Of a stretch of DNA of 64,000 nt, positions 1 to 13,375 are shown in pieces. Every line of letters begins with the position of its first letter. Position 1 is the first letter of the stretch. The notes under the pieces are model-generated. The model did no database searches. It worked only from the letters and a program-made list of their open reading frames with translations, and had not been told where the DNA came from. This DNA comes from Coniocarpon cinnabarinum (Eukaryota): NCBI GenBank assembly GCA_051942205.1, contig JAVECO010000093.1, forward strand, positions 1 through 64,000, read 5' to 3'. A program made the translations under genes and the position numbers.

Positions 1-1234
1 GGCGGGTCTTCTTCAGTCAAGTCAGTGTTCGAACCGAGACGCGATGATTTGTTTCTTGAGGGGGTTGGTCTTGCAAATGGGGGTATGACGCTTTGTCGCT
101 TCTTGCTGAACACTGTCCCAAGTCTCTTAAGTCCTCGGGGCCTCTTCTTTTCCTCGTTTGTCGATGGCTCTCGCTCGCTGATCCGATTGCCTGCAATACT
201 CTCCATCGTGGGTGGCGGCGCAAGCGAGCCTCCAGCAGACACATTGCGACTCATTCTACGGTCCAGCCGGCTACTAGTCGGTGGTGTTTGCGCGACTTGA
301 GAGGAAGTATTTGGTGGCGCAGATGTCCGCGATGGCGTTCTTCGTGCGCCATCCGTGTTTCTGAGGCTCCACGTCTTGACCTCATCGGCAACGTCAACAC
401 TTAACAGAGAGTTCAAACATTGCTCAGCTTGACCCTTAGCTTTTTCGATATGGTCTACCTCGTGCGTCTCGAACTGCGTGAGGACATCGCGCAAGTGATT
501 CAAGCGGGTTTCATCCACAGCTTGAAGCTGCTCAAACACGTAAGGGGCTTGCGACTCCCACTGTTGCATTGCTTTGTCGACTTCCTCTGACGAGCCAGGT
601 ATCCTTCCAGTGCCTCCCCTGCTCGCCTTTGCGTTCAGCTTGTCGGCCTTCTTTTGCGCTTGATCATATTCCTTTGCCATTGCACCGAGATTGCCCTGGA
701 TAGTTGACATTTGCTGAACCTCTCGATTTTGGGTCTCGAATTGTCGCAATGACAGGATCACGTCGTTCTCTATTCTTTCCGCAAAATCCGAGTGGGACTG
801 AGCAAGCTCGCGCGCAGCTTGAACGATGCGTTGCCATGGCGAATTGAATACACTAGATACTGTATCAGTCGTGCGACCTCAATTGGAAATCCAAGCAGAT
901 GTCGATACCCAAGATCGGAATCAGCGTCTGGTGGTTCTTTACGGGATAGTCTACGCAGACCCTGGACGTATACTTCCTCGAGCTTCCTTCGCTCCTATGA
1001 GTGGGACGGTAAGCGATGATTTAGGGAAGGCCTTTTAAAGGGTGGAACGTGCCTCCAACCAGTTTGCGATATCTTTGTTTGTCTTCGCGATCTGGTTCAT
1101 GCGACTATTTAGAAGGCTGACCGCCTGTGGCGGTTCGAGAGAAGCCTAGAGAGATTAGTTAGACTGCTCCAAACGCTGCGAGAGTAGATCGCGATGTCAC
1201 TGACCAGCATTGAGGGATACTCCTGACGCTCCAT
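1..1234 (-). CDS. SYP1: Syp1/muniscin-like F-BAR (FCH) endocytic protein, N-terminal part; the gene runs off the window start
   Basis: Hand-spliced translation MERQEYPSML|ASLEPPQAVSLLNSRMNQIAKTNKDIANWLE|ERRKLEEVYVQGLRRL...DLG|VFNSPWQRIVQA...QWESQAPYVFEQLQAVDETRLNHLRDVLTQFETHEVD matches the fungal Syp1 F-BAR N-terminus as I recall it. There are three introns; the second (995-1052) is GC-AG. Confidence 0.8.
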
Positions 1235-1679
1235 GACTGAGGGCGGACTCGGCGGAATTGAAGGAAAGACTAATGAAGATTATAGCGCACAGGGCGCGCT
1301 GTAGGGCGTGGAGCTCCTGCGTGGTGTAGCTTGAGTTTGGCAGCACGAAATGCCGGAGCAACAAAATGTTGCGCGTTCTTGAGAGCAACAGGCGCGTAAT
1401 GATACAGTTTCAGAGGCGTGAAGTCAACAGCAGACGAAGCTGCAAGCTTGGTCGCATAGGTCTAAGATATCTATCAGACGTAGGCTACGGCCTGGTACGC
1501 CTGGAGTCGACCCAGCCCCAATGATCCGATGATTGGCCGATTGTCGATAAATATCGGCTTCATCTGCTCCTTTGTCACGTGCCGAACGCAATCTAGTCCA
1601 GGCGTGGATTGAGTCCCCCTAAAGAATGCGCATGCAAGTCGTCGCACATTTCACATATCACGCTTCTAGTGGCGGGACA

Positions 1680-2680
1680 ATGTCGACAACATGCGCTGCG
1701 TGTGCCGACCCGCTTGTGATAGCTGTGGATGCGCACGAAGAAGACAGTGTCAATGTGAATGGGAGTGCTTCTGCAGCTTCCTATACTGTCCCAGATGATG
1801 TCTGCCTAATAGCCTGTGGTCATCACTTTCACTGGTCTCGTAGATTCTTTCAGAACGCAAGCCGAATTGCCTGCTCATGAAACGCGCAGGCAATGTCTCA
1901 TCGACGCATACTCGATAGACAAATGTCCGTCATGTGGCGCAATTCTGGTAACGCCGGATCCACTGCAGCCTGAGAAACAGATTCTTCTGTGCAACTTGAC
2001 AAATGAAGGCGGATATCAAGAAGCGGTCAACATCTTGCCCGAGCTTAGCGAAGAGGGCTATTTGAAAGCTTACCCCGAAGATCGCAAGGCACGCGCGTTT
2101 ATGGAGTTTTGTCGCCAAGGCGATCTTGAAGCCGTCTTGGGCGTATTGCAAGACGAAGATGATGAGGATGATCAGCTTGCGACTGACGTGTTACGATACC
2201 AAGATCAAATTCGAGAAATGCAGTCAACACTTCATGCAGCAGTCATTGGCCAGAATGAGAGCGTTGTCTGGCTCCTGCTGTATCTGGCGTCAGACTTCCC
2301 ACTTGATCAATTTCCACCTGGGTAAGTTGTTTCTTTCTGCGCAGCACATTCTTGATCTTTGTAACGTCTGTTCCTATTTATTTGAGAGAGGCAACGGTCG
2401 ATTATCATGTCTAGAGCTTGGAGCAAATTGGTTGTGCTCGTTGTCAAACGTCCCTCCCGAGATGTGACGATTGTGGAGAAACGCTCATGCTGACATATAC
2501 TGCTCAAGTCTGTTGCAGCAAGCGCAGGAAATGCATCTCGAACGCGCCGATATTGTAGGAAAGGCTGATGTAAGAAGTCTGAAAGACCTGAGGGGCAGGA
2601 GTGCCGAGACACTGGCTGTGGAGATGCAGGGACCCTGGACTTCCTGGATTGATACTGGCCGTCTCTACATCCAAGATTGA
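1680..2680 (+). CDS. RING-H2 finger plus ankyrin-like repeat protein (putative E3 ligase)
   Basis: CxxC...CGHHFHW|QC...CPSC RING motif joined across intron 1835-1889. Ankyrin-like STLHAAV...VVWLLL. Intron 2322-2508, last exon LLQQAQE...RLYIQD*. Confidence 0.8.
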
Positions 2681-2687
2681 ATATCGT

Positions 2688-4372
2688 TCAGCCTCGCGCA
2701 GTAGCAGATTTCCTTGGCGCTGGCTTTTTGGGTCTCTCGACTTCTCGAACTCTCTCGATGCGATAGCGGGATGTTTTTTGCTTTGACACCGTCACATAAG
2801 ATTTCGATTGCGCTGTCGGGCTCGACTGCAGAGCTCTATGTTTCTTTGTCCTTGGCTGGCGCCCAATGATTTGATCTAGTTGAATAACGTCATCGTCGTC
2901 GGGGCTAGGGGAATGTGCGCCATTGCGGCGCGTTGGATGCCTGGCGTGGGTGATTTTTGTTCGTTGTTCTGGCTTGTAAGGGTCATTTTCCTCAAAAAAC
3001 CAAAGACAGCCGTAATGTAAACGGAGCTCTTCTCCCCATCCTATGTCGCGTGTTGCTCTTGCAACGAGCACACGCTGAGACCCCACACGATTTAAGGCTA
3101 TCTCAACATTAGGATCGTCCTTGGAATGATTCATGAACCGGGTCCAATTCCCAGCTTTGCTGGCATCGATCATGGCAACAGGGTCAGTGAACGACTTTCT
3201 CAAAGGCACAACGAAACTGTAGAAATTCTCCTCGAAGTCATTGTAAGGACGCAGTACACCGACGTAGTCCCCCAAAACATCGCCTTTCTTCCAGGCTGTG
3301 CGCGTCCTGACACCCACACCAGCTTCCTTACTGTGGAACAAGATTCTCAAGGGCGCCCAATCGATCTTGTGACGCCATTGTGCGGGTAGGCACAAACAAG
3401 GCTCCTTTGGCCCACTTGCACAATTGAGACATGACCCGTCAACTGTTTCACGGTTTCGAAGGACGTCGAATGGCCACTGCCACTGTTTGGGCCACTCCTT
3501 AGGTCTTTGCTGTACAGACCCAACCTCAAATTTGTCATCAAAGCCAATCCACTCCGTCGAGCTCGCATCCCAGACAACATCTTCAACGTGCGTTACGTCA
3601 ACTCCCTCCCACGCGCCTGCTTCCTCGTGAATGACCATGAATGGCGGGTGTTCAACGGCTGGCATTCTGGTCGAGTAGTCGGCGAACTTCTTGTTGGTTC
3701 TTGGCTTCGTTTCGACCTCTATGCCTGCAGTGCATTGTCGTACACTTTGTGGGGGTTGCGCATGGCTTGCATCCGTCCGTCCCCGAGGCCCTACAGTCTT
3801 TGTCCGCGAGAATGGCGCATTCGATTCGAAAATGTCCCGATCTGTTTTCACTGAAGCGCCGTCCTCAGTAGAAGCGGGGGTGTGGAGGTGTCGCTTCTGT
3901 GCTGATGACCACGTTTCTCCAGGAGCATTTCTCATTTCAATCAGACCGGTGATCGGCGTGCTTTCAGGCTCTCGTCTTTCCGCAGCGCAACTGAATTTCG
4001 TACACGCCGCTTCCTAGTGTTCTGTAGCACCATGTACTAGCACTTAGTCTCCAAGGAGTAGAGTAGGGGTTGCGAGCGGTATACACAGCCGTTTCCGTCG
4101 TCTTCAATATTTCTTTGTCCAGCTTTGCTAGCTGAACAATTACAACACAGCTGCTTTGTGCGGAAACTGCGACAGTATTACACCGCGCCTTTGAAAAGAT
4201 TTTCGTGCCGCGAGATTAGTGCTGGCGGCTACGTGCAGGCATGACGTCTTGGGAAGCAAACTTGCCGTCTACCGCAAAAGGGACTTCGCCACTCTTTCAC
4301 CGAATGAACAAGTGCTAGAGGGAGTGTCTTGCCTCTGAAAAGCACAATAGGTTGGAGATCATTGGTTGACAT
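2688..4372 (-). CDS. SET-domain protein (putative lysine methyltransferase); 5' exons uncertain
   Basis: ORF 2688-3935 has the SET motifs GVGVRT, DYVG, GNWTRFMNHS and ELRLHYG, preceded by a Cys cluster (CLNC...CLC). The frame stays open upstream to an acceptor near 4015. Tentative ATG at 4372 (MSTNDLQPIVLFRGKTLP) with two weak introns. Confidence 0.75.
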
Positions 4373-4435
4373 AATTGAATCGTTGTGGCGTTATCCCGTG
4401 CGCGAAATCTCTGCTTGCTGACTGGCCTTGCTAAG

Positions 4436-5724
4436 TCAACTGCAATTCGTGAAATACGGCTGCTGCAATGCTTTACGAGCTGTGGGACGCCATGAGGATT
4501 CATAGCAAACTAGTGAGCTTACAAGTTGACGCGCAGTATGTGATGCATCAGGCAAAATTTCAAGCCAAGGCCAACCGGGGAAGACCTTCCACTGCATCTT
4601 TCCCCAGTCTGGACAGTCTGCAGCTCCCGGCCATGTGGTCTCGTCTGGAGTACCCAGGGTCATGAAAATACTTCGTATCAATGCTAATTCTGTGCCGACA
4701 TTACCGGCCTCGAAGAGCGGTTTTGAGCTGCGATTGACAACCTCAGCAGCCACACAGCCTGCCGCCCACATGTCAAGACTACAGTTGTAATCTCGTCGTC
4801 CGAACAAGATTTCTGGAGGTCGGTAACATGTTGTTCCCACGTCTGTGATCTTGTTGTGGGCCTCTTCAGAAGCCCTATCGGCATGCCGCCAAGCGATTCC
4901 AAAATCGGCGAGGTAAACTGGTCCTCTGATCGCACGGAGCAAAACATTGGACGGCTTAATATCGCGGTGAATGATTTGATTCTCATGGAGGAATGCGAGT
5001 CCTTGCAGTAAGTCTTGCAAAATACGCATTGAATCGTCCTGGTCGAGCTGGTTTTCTTTGAGGAGCATGTCCAGACTGAACGGCATAAATGGAAAGACGA
5101 GGACGAAAGTATCACCAGCTCGTTCGAAACTTTCGACCAAGGGGATTGTGTGTGCCTGGCCCTGACAGAATTGTAAAACACGAGCTTCTCGGCGAGAATC
5201 ATGAGGCGCTATCATCATCGAAGGCGTAGTCACCTTGATAGCCACGAAGTCAGCCACACGCATGTCCGAAGCATCAATCGCCGGCGCTCTGTAAACCTCG
5301 GAGAAAATACCGTTACGGTAGTGCACAGCATGCTCGTAATGGCCGATGCGAACTGCAGAAGGGGGAAGCTGGTCTCGATCATGGTGTTGAACACCAATGG
5401 GCGCGGGCGTGTGGCGAAAAGAGGCTGCTACTGACGTGCTCCGCTGGCATAGATCCAGATAGTCTTGCCGTGATGAGGCAGCCTCATAGTGGGAAGTCTC
5501 AATTTCTTTGGCTCGTTGCTGAAGCCCTGACCTGTCACAGCCTGCGCTTTTGGTGAGTGCGGTAGATCTACGCAAGTGAGTCTACAAGCCTGGCCAATGA
5601 AGCCGCACATTCATCTTCTGGACTCTGACTGGGTTTACTCTTACATTTCTGCAATCTTTTGGAATCTCTCCGTGAATGAGAGCGAGGAAGTCCAATCCCT
5701 CGAAGCTAACCTCATCTGTGCCAT
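4436..5724 (-). CDS. CMGC-group Ser/Thr kinase, Csk1/Cak1-like (CDK-activating kinase type)
   Basis: VAIK, HRDIKPSN, LADFG, VGTTCYRPPEILFG and DMWAAGC motifs, with a degenerate Gly loop (GIFSEVY). First exon MAQMRLASRDW...AEI is joined by intron 5568-5644. Confidence 0.8.
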
Positions 5725-6052
5725 GTTATCGCAGGGCGGTAAAGTTTCATGCCCAAGCTCCTGACATTGGCCAGCTTCATCTCCGTCTTGTGACATTGCG
5801 AGCCGTCATCGCTTCATCAGCGAGGGAGGCACAATGTCCTGCTGACCGTGGAGCAAAAGTATTGCCAGTGGTGATCCTTAAGGCGCCTAATGCAGGGGCG
5901 AAAGTAGTCTCCCGCACGGACCACGACCTCTTCCCTTCTTCGACCAGACCTTTATGGCAGTCGATCATATTCGAGTGCGTTGTCTAGAGTCTTCCTCGAC
6001 CGACTCTTGCGCCACACCTCGCTGCTGTGTAGAGTGATGTCCTCCCTATGCC

Positions 6053-9000
6053 ATGGAACAGCCGCCCGCTCCTTCGCGCCCGAAACCGCCCACCTCCGAG
6101 CCCGCTCCGCATCCAGACTTCTCGAGACAATGCCCTCCAGATGACCCCAACAATTTCAAGAATCTCCTGTGGAGCACCGCTGATATCGCCCTGAAATGGA
6201 TCAGCCATGCTACCAACGAGCAGCTGGGTGCTTGCCTGGTCGGCTTGGGAGCAAGCACATATCTTGTTTTTGGAAGAGTCGGTCTGGTGCTTATTGGAGT
6301 AGTGGGCGGTGTTGTCCTGCATGCAACTTGGGAGGGAACCAATGGCGACGCTGGCGATACTGGCCGGGTTGAAGTGGCTCGGCGAAAGGAGGTGGGACTG
6401 GATGTTGCGCAACGCCTTCTGGACTGGCGGCAGAGGCGATCCGAGCCCTTGCCAATAGATGGTGCAGATGCAGTGGGACTCGGTGTTGAAGGTCATGCAG
6501 CAGACCCCGACTTCTCTAATCTCCGCCCTGAGACCGCGACAGCGCTGGCCGACTTTGCAGATGCAGTCCTGAGAGACTACGTCCAGTATGCGACTGCTTC
6601 TTACACATTGCGCAATTTACTGACTTTCCAATAGTTATTGGTACTCCCCTGTACTTCCTGATGAGCACGCGTTTCCTCAGACTTGTCGCAAAATCCTCAC
6701 CAATTTCATCACGTCACTTTCAGGAAATCTTTCAAAGAAACGACCGGCCGACTCCTTCATCGAGTTCACCATGAATTCGTCATCCATTATGATTGTTTTC
6801 CTGAACGAATTATCCGCCGCGTTATCTTCGTCTCCAAATTCGAAAGCCACAGATGCGATTGACACATATCTTCGCATCAAACCGCAGTCCAATCTCAGCA
6901 GTATCATGGATCGCAAGCACCAACAACGCAAGTTGCAGATGGTTGCAGACGATATCCTGGAAAGCTTTCTGGATCCTCAAATATATCGCACGGCTGTCAC
7001 GCGAGTTTTCTTGCAAAAGATCTTGGCATACGTCGTGTTGGAAAAGATGATAGAGAGATGTTCACACGCTGAATGGATCAACGAATGGATCGTCTATCTG
7101 CTGGAAGATGGCGAGCCCGAGCTTATGAATGCTATTGATGCAGGTGTGGAGAATTCCGCTGCTGGTCAAGCAACCACCAAGCCCGGTGCCTCGAGTACCA
7201 GCATTCTTCAAGAACCGTCGACATTACCTGTGGGACGGCAGCATAGCCGTACTGTGAGCCGTGCCGAGGAAGCTATGGACGAGGCTATGCGAGAAGCAAA
7301 ACGTTTAACTCAAATGATCCAAGAGGAAGAGGAACGACGCCAACAACAAGAGCTAGGGCAAGCCCCGTTCGATACTATTACTACGAATGACGCAGGCGAG
7401 GTCTCAGACGGAACGACACAGGGTATTCAAACGCCAACGAGCTCTCAAAGCGAGGCCAACAACGAGTCACAGTCCACACGGGAGACGCTACCGCAAGATG
7501 ACGAACAACGTGAAGTTGAAAGCAAGCGACATAAACATGCACACTCGAGGTCAGTGCTCGAAGGTGAGCAGCCGTTGGAGGCTGCATCACCGTTGGAGAA
7601 CACTGCGTTCACCAGTTTCGACCAACTTGGCCCGAATCGCGTCCCTACGGGGCTTACAGATTCACATTCTTCTATGGATCCTGAACCACTCACTTTGCAT
7701 AAGGCAACAATCGTATTGTTTGATGACTCACAACCAGGGGACAAAAAGGCGATCAAATCCAAGCCTACTACTGACTACCTGATTCAAATTGAGCCAGTTT
7801 CTGCCTTCTATCCTGGATGGATGATTCCCAGGACCTATGCTGATTTCGAAACCCTTCATGAAGTGCTCGTCCGCATTTCCAAAATCACGGGTGTTGCATT
7901 TGCAAGTCTGCATCCCAGTCTGCCGCTATGGAAGGGTGCCACCAAATCTCAGCTGAAGGACGAACTAGAACGATATCTGGCCGATGCAATGCGGTTTGAA
8001 CAGTTGGCCGAGTGCGAGGGCATGAAGCGCTTCCTGGAGAAGTCTCGAGGAATGACTGATGAGCCGGGCAAAGGATTTTGGCCAAATCCAGCAAATATGG
8101 GCAAGGGTATGATTAGTGCACTGACACAAGCACCGAACCAGGTTGCTGGTGGTGGCAAGGCCTTTTTAGGAGGTGTTGCCGGAGTGTTTACTGGCGGCGC
8201 CAATGCTACAAATAAACGTCAGCAAAACGTACACGCGTCCAAGGCACCTGCGCAGACCGACAGTCTGAAAGGCTCTGGTGACTCCTCCGTTGATCTTACG
8301 AACGCGAAGTCCACAGAAATGCCATCCGCGAAATCTGAACGGCTCTCGGTCGATCAAGAAAATTTTCGAAGACCTCAACCAATGACGCTGAACGGCAACA
8401 TTCGTCCCGGGCTTGAACCTCGCCGCTCAAACAGTCTGAGGGCCCACCAAAGAAAGTCTCCGTCCGTTTCACCCCGGCCTTCAATCACACTTGAACGCCG
8501 ACATAGCGCAATGACGACTGCATCAGATTTTGCAGGGTCTCCAGATACGCCGTCAGGTATCCAGCTTCCTCCACCACCGGAGGAAATGACGGACGAGCCT
8601 GACATGGCCTCGTTGACCAGACCCATTGGCTCAGGCAAAGCCGGCTCAAATCAAGAACACACCTCTCATATGAGTGCAGACGGTACGAATTTCTTTGATG
8701 TTCCGACTCCTCCTACTCCACGATCTCCCAGACCTCAGAGCCCCGCCATGCGATCACCTGCCACACGGCACTCAGTCACAAATGCTCGACTTCGATCTCC
8801 AAATCCCAACTCGCCACCACAGAAAAGCTCGACAGAATACACCGACAAAGCTAAAGCGGCTGAGGCGAAGCGAACAACACCTCTCACGGAGCAGGAGGCA
8901 CAAGTTACAATTGAGCTCCTCTTCGCCGTCATAACCGAGTTATACACGCTCTCGTCCGCGTGGACCTTGAGGCGGACTTTACTCGGTGCGGCTAAAACAT

Positions 9001-9374
9001 TTCTTCTGCGACCCGGCAACCCGCAGCTCGAGAGCATTCGTATTCTCTTGCAGGAAGCTTTCCTTGACTCCAATATCAGCGACAGCGGTATCGCAGCGCA
9101 TGTACGAAAGATGCGAGAGAACAGTCTTCCCACAGAGGCGGAGCTGGCTACGTGGCCAAGGGATCGGAACGACGAGGAGAAGGAGGCGCTACGAGTGAAG
9201 GCCCGGGATTTACTTGTCAAGCGTGGCATGCCCCAAGCTCTGACAAGCGTCATGGGTGCAGCAGCAAGCGGCGAGGCTCTAGGAAAGGTGTTCGATTGTC
9301 TGCAAGTTCAGGACGTGGCCAGAGGCTTAATGTTTGGACTATGTTTGCAAGGCCTGAGGACCATGACCCAGTAG
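6053..9374 (+). CDS. PXA + PX + Nexin_C domain sorting-nexin-like membrane protein
   Basis: N-terminal TM pair. PXA-type VLRDYV(H)YWYSP spans intron 6586-6634. PX-like YLIQIEP...WMIPRTYADFETLHEVL...LERYL. C-terminal helical region AWTLRRTLL...KVFDCLQ. Confidence 0.85.
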
Positions 9375-9621
9375 TGCTGTGGCATGGATGAAAGTCTCAT
9401 CCAGCAGTGCACACGATGATCAATTCCATGAGGAGCATTCACATGCTCTTGTATGAGTAGCGCATTCAAGCGATGAGAATAGACTATGATAATTGTCAAA
9501 GAACAACATGGGGCATACCTATAGGTTACGCAGCGTCTAGCAAATGACGCTAAACCGAATCCAGAACAAATACTTCATCTTCAGCGCAGAAACACAGATT
9601 TGTTGTAGTGCGTCCTCAACC

Positions 9622-12600
9622 ATGTCGAATAAAAGGAAATCGGACTCGCAAGACGATGATCATGTACAATCGAATAGCAAACGGCCCCGCGCCCTCCATG
9701 CCGAGAAGCTCATCCTCGCTCCCGTCTTCGAAGATCTGGCGAGCGATGCGGAAGAAGTACGACTCGACGCCGCATTGACACTGATCCAGATGTGTAAAGA
9801 CAACAGTGGATCAGGCAAAGAGCCTTCATATGCTAGTGCAGAACCAACAATAGCGAGACTGGTTCGGGGGCTCTGCAGCAGTCGCAAATCTGCACGTCAC
9901 GGATTTTTCATCGCTCTTGTGGAGGTCCTGCGCTTGTTCAAAACGTCAAGCGAACTCAAGCAGGGATGTCTTGACTTAGTTCAAGACAATACCACGCCTT
10001 CAGATGGGAGCACCGGCCAGGTAAGAAATGTGAACTCAGCCGCTTTCTAGGAGAGACTCAAATGTGCTGCAGGAAAGGCGGAACTACCTTTTGGGGCGTA
10101 TGTCTGCCTTCACGGCCATCATACATTCAAAACTGTTTTTCAATGGTTCTGAGGCGCAGAGCGCAAGGTTCGAGAGTCTAGTGAAGTCCATGGCCGAGTG
10201 CAGCACACAGTCACCCTGGCTGTTGGAGCAGTTTGGAACTATACTATGCCAGACAATCGAAGTGTTAGTAGCTGATCGTGCACCTTCACGATGGTTCGAG
10301 ATACTCACCAAAGTCTTGGTGGAGCAAAATCTGGCCAAGACGCCAATAGGTATCGCAGTGTGGGTTCAGATTGCATCTAAAGCACCCAGTGCCAAGCTGC
10401 CAAAGAACGTGTGGAAGCATCGCGACCCTTTCTGTGGCTCTGAGTTGCAGAATTCGATTGCAGTGATGAAACGTTCGAGGGGTCAAACAACCTCAGAGAA
10501 TGGTCTGGATACATCGAGCCTGATGTCTGGAGCGAGACAAGTTTTGCCAAGCTTTGCGTGGCAAGTTGTCATTAAGCACTTGTCAGCTCCAATATCAGCA
10601 GCAGGAGCTTGCCAAAACACGAACAAACCCGGGGAAAAGCGATTCTTAAACTTTTGGAACGAAGCTGTGGACAGTGAGTCTCAACATACCTGTCTGCTGG
10701 TGCATCACCCTAATGTTCTGCAGAAAACTTCTTCAGCGATCTAGCCAGTCATGAGAAGCGCCAGTTGGGGTTTCAAATCTTTCAGTCGCAACTGAAATCC
10801 AGCAATGGCCATACACTGCGGTCCATGCTTAGCCCCAACTTGATCAATTGTCTCGCTAACCAGAGCGCCCGACCGGATCGGTACTTGCATGCGACTGCAC
10901 AGCATGTTTTGAAATCCCTCATCGACAGCGCACATGACAGACCTCAGCAGTGCAGCGTGATGCTTGATGTTTTGTTGTGTGATGTGACGGGCGTTTTCGA
11001 TGAACGGTCATGTTCTCGGACGGTGGAAAGCATCCTGCTCTGCGGACTCAGGTACATTCTTCGTTGGCCTCATTCTCCTACGCGTGCTCACAGATCTCCA
11101 GTGATAGCAATTCAACGGACGATGTGCTCAGGAGTCTGACGAGAAATTTCGACGACTGCATCAATTTGCCTGCACCCGATGCACTCAAGAAGCGTCGTAT
11201 GATCGCCAATACGCTGACCTCTGTTGTGCGAAGGTGCGTGGATCAATTGAACGAAGAACCATGGCAACAGCGATGCGTCAAAACCTGCCTAGATTTCCTT
11301 TCAACAAAAGCATACGAACCGCATATCGAATCTACAAAAGTCAATAGTCCTGGCACGACTCCTGGAGAGTCCGTCGCCCAAGAGGCTTTCGTTAATTGTC
11401 TCGCGAATATTGCATCGAAAGGCGCCGAAAACCACCAGAATATCATTACCAACACTTGCAAAGACTTGTGCAGTCTATTGGCGTCTCACGAGCACAGGAG
11501 TGAAAGATCAAGAGAAGCCTTGAGATGGTGTCAAACAAACATGGCCAAATTGACGTCCACTGGTGACGCCACTCCACTGGCAGTCTACCCATTTCTCTTT
11601 TCTCTGGTCATCTTGTCGCTCGCAGAAGATCCTGAAGAATCCTTGACAACTCTCGAGGACTTGAAAGAAGTGTTCATGAAACAGGAACCAGACCAGGAGG
11701 ATTTCGATGTCATGATTGACATGTTGCTTTCATACACTTCGCACTCTTCTATTCTCTATCGAAGACTCGCAATGCAAGGTTTTCAGAGGATCAGCCCTCG
11801 ACTGGGCTCAAATGGACTCCAAACACTTCTTGACGTCCTTGGGAAGAGGGAGAACCTGAGCGGTAAGCAAGATCTGGAGCAGGAAGTGCCCGACGGCGAG
11901 GGCTCTGATCATTCTTCAGCGGTTGGAGATAGTGTCGAGCGCAATACGGAGCCACATATTGAAATAGACTCCAGCGACTCAGATGTTGAAGAAGTATCTG
12001 CATCCTCAGTATCATCGCCTGACTCAAAGACTGAAGAAGACGACGACACGACCGAGCTTGACGACTTTAATAGAGCTTTGGCTGCTACGCTTCGCACAAG
12101 CAACAAAACCGACCCTGATGCAGGTTCTGACTCAAATTCCGACTCGTCAATGGATGACGAGCAAATGCTTGCCATCGAACCACAACTGGCAGAGATGTTC
12201 CGCGAGCGGCTGGCCAAAGACGACAATGTTCCCCGGCGCAAACAGTCGGGAGGTGAGAAGAAGCGTGCGCAAGCGGCGGCACGTCGCGACATTCTTGATT
12301 TCAAGAATCGCGTCCTTGACATGCTCGAAACATACCTGACGCGCAGTCCGGGTGCGACAACCGCTTTGCAAGTGGCGGCTCCAATGTTGAGGTTGGTCAG
12401 AACCACGGGTTCGACGCAGTTGCGGGACAAGACAGCCAGGGTTCTGAGATCCTGGATGGAGAAGGCCAGGAAGAGAGGTGTACCGGCGTTTGTTACCAAG
12501 ATCCAGTCGACCGAGTCAAATGATGTACTTGCTGCGATCACAGGCTGGGACATTTTGGATGGCGTACACGACGAGACGCTGGCACTGCCATTCTCGTACC

Positions 12601-12833
12601 TGCACTCGCATCTATGCAGCAGTGTCAGCCTGTTCATCTGCCGTTGTGCAGTCAAGAGTGCTGAGCAAGAGGCGGACAAAGACGCGGCAGTCCGCAAAAG
12701 AATGAAGCGGCTCGTCAAACGGTATGACGAGACCATGGACGAAGCGCGGAATCAGGATCGACATCAAATCTTGGAGTCGAGTTTTTGGCGGGAGTTTGAG
12801 GCGTGGAGAGCGGAAGTATTAAAGAGTCGATGA
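9622..12833 (+). CDS. POL5: Pol5 / MYBBP1A-like rRNA biogenesis protein (DNA polymerase phi family)
   Basis: RLVRGLCSSRKSARHGFFIALVEVL, ERRNYLLGRM, an acidic tract, MDDEQMLAIEPQLAEMF and FKNRVLDMLETY. Introns at 10021-10072, 10674-10723 and 11052-11101 join the ORF-track fragments. Confidence 0.88.
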
Positions 12834-13375
12834 AGAAGTGAGAACGCAAACAACAGTACCAAAAATGGGTACATCCGAGCCGCATGGTCATCTTTGACTT
12901 TGACCTGTGGCTCTCATACAATTCGAAAGCGGAATTTTTCGTGACTACACGTTCTTCCTTGTAGTGGTTTGTTCTAGGAAAGCTTTTGTCTTTCACGAAC
13001 CTCCTACATGGGTGCTAAAGTTCACGTACGGCTGATAAGACTTTACCTGCGAGGGTTTAGTCTTATTGGAGACCGGTGCGAAGACGTCTGGTAGCAACCG
13101 CAATCAATCAAAGCCCAAGACATCGCCTCAGATAGCGTTAAGGCGCTACTTCCATTGTTTTTTTCTTTCCTTTTCTCTTTTTTCTTTTTGCGCTGATCGT
13201 GGTACCCAACCTAATCATCGGCATTTAAATTGTCCCCGACGAATCTTCCAAGGGACTGCACAAGCTTTACTAATGCACGAGATATGCATGATATTCATTT
13301 GAAGACTGCGTTCAGTTCAAAAGTGTCCGTACGAGGGTTTTGAACGCTCGAGGATACTGGGAATGACATTACAAA

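Noticed and set aside
4012..4050. In-frame TAG upstream of the SET ORF (CAC TAG GAA) as a second editing site
   Set aside because: It can be explained as a phase-0 3' splice acceptor. An in-frame TAA lies a few codons further upstream and there is no conserved-Trp evidence.
11010..11139. Apparent frameshift in POL5
   Set aside because: Resolved by a 50-nt intron (11052-11101) using the second AG after the branch site.
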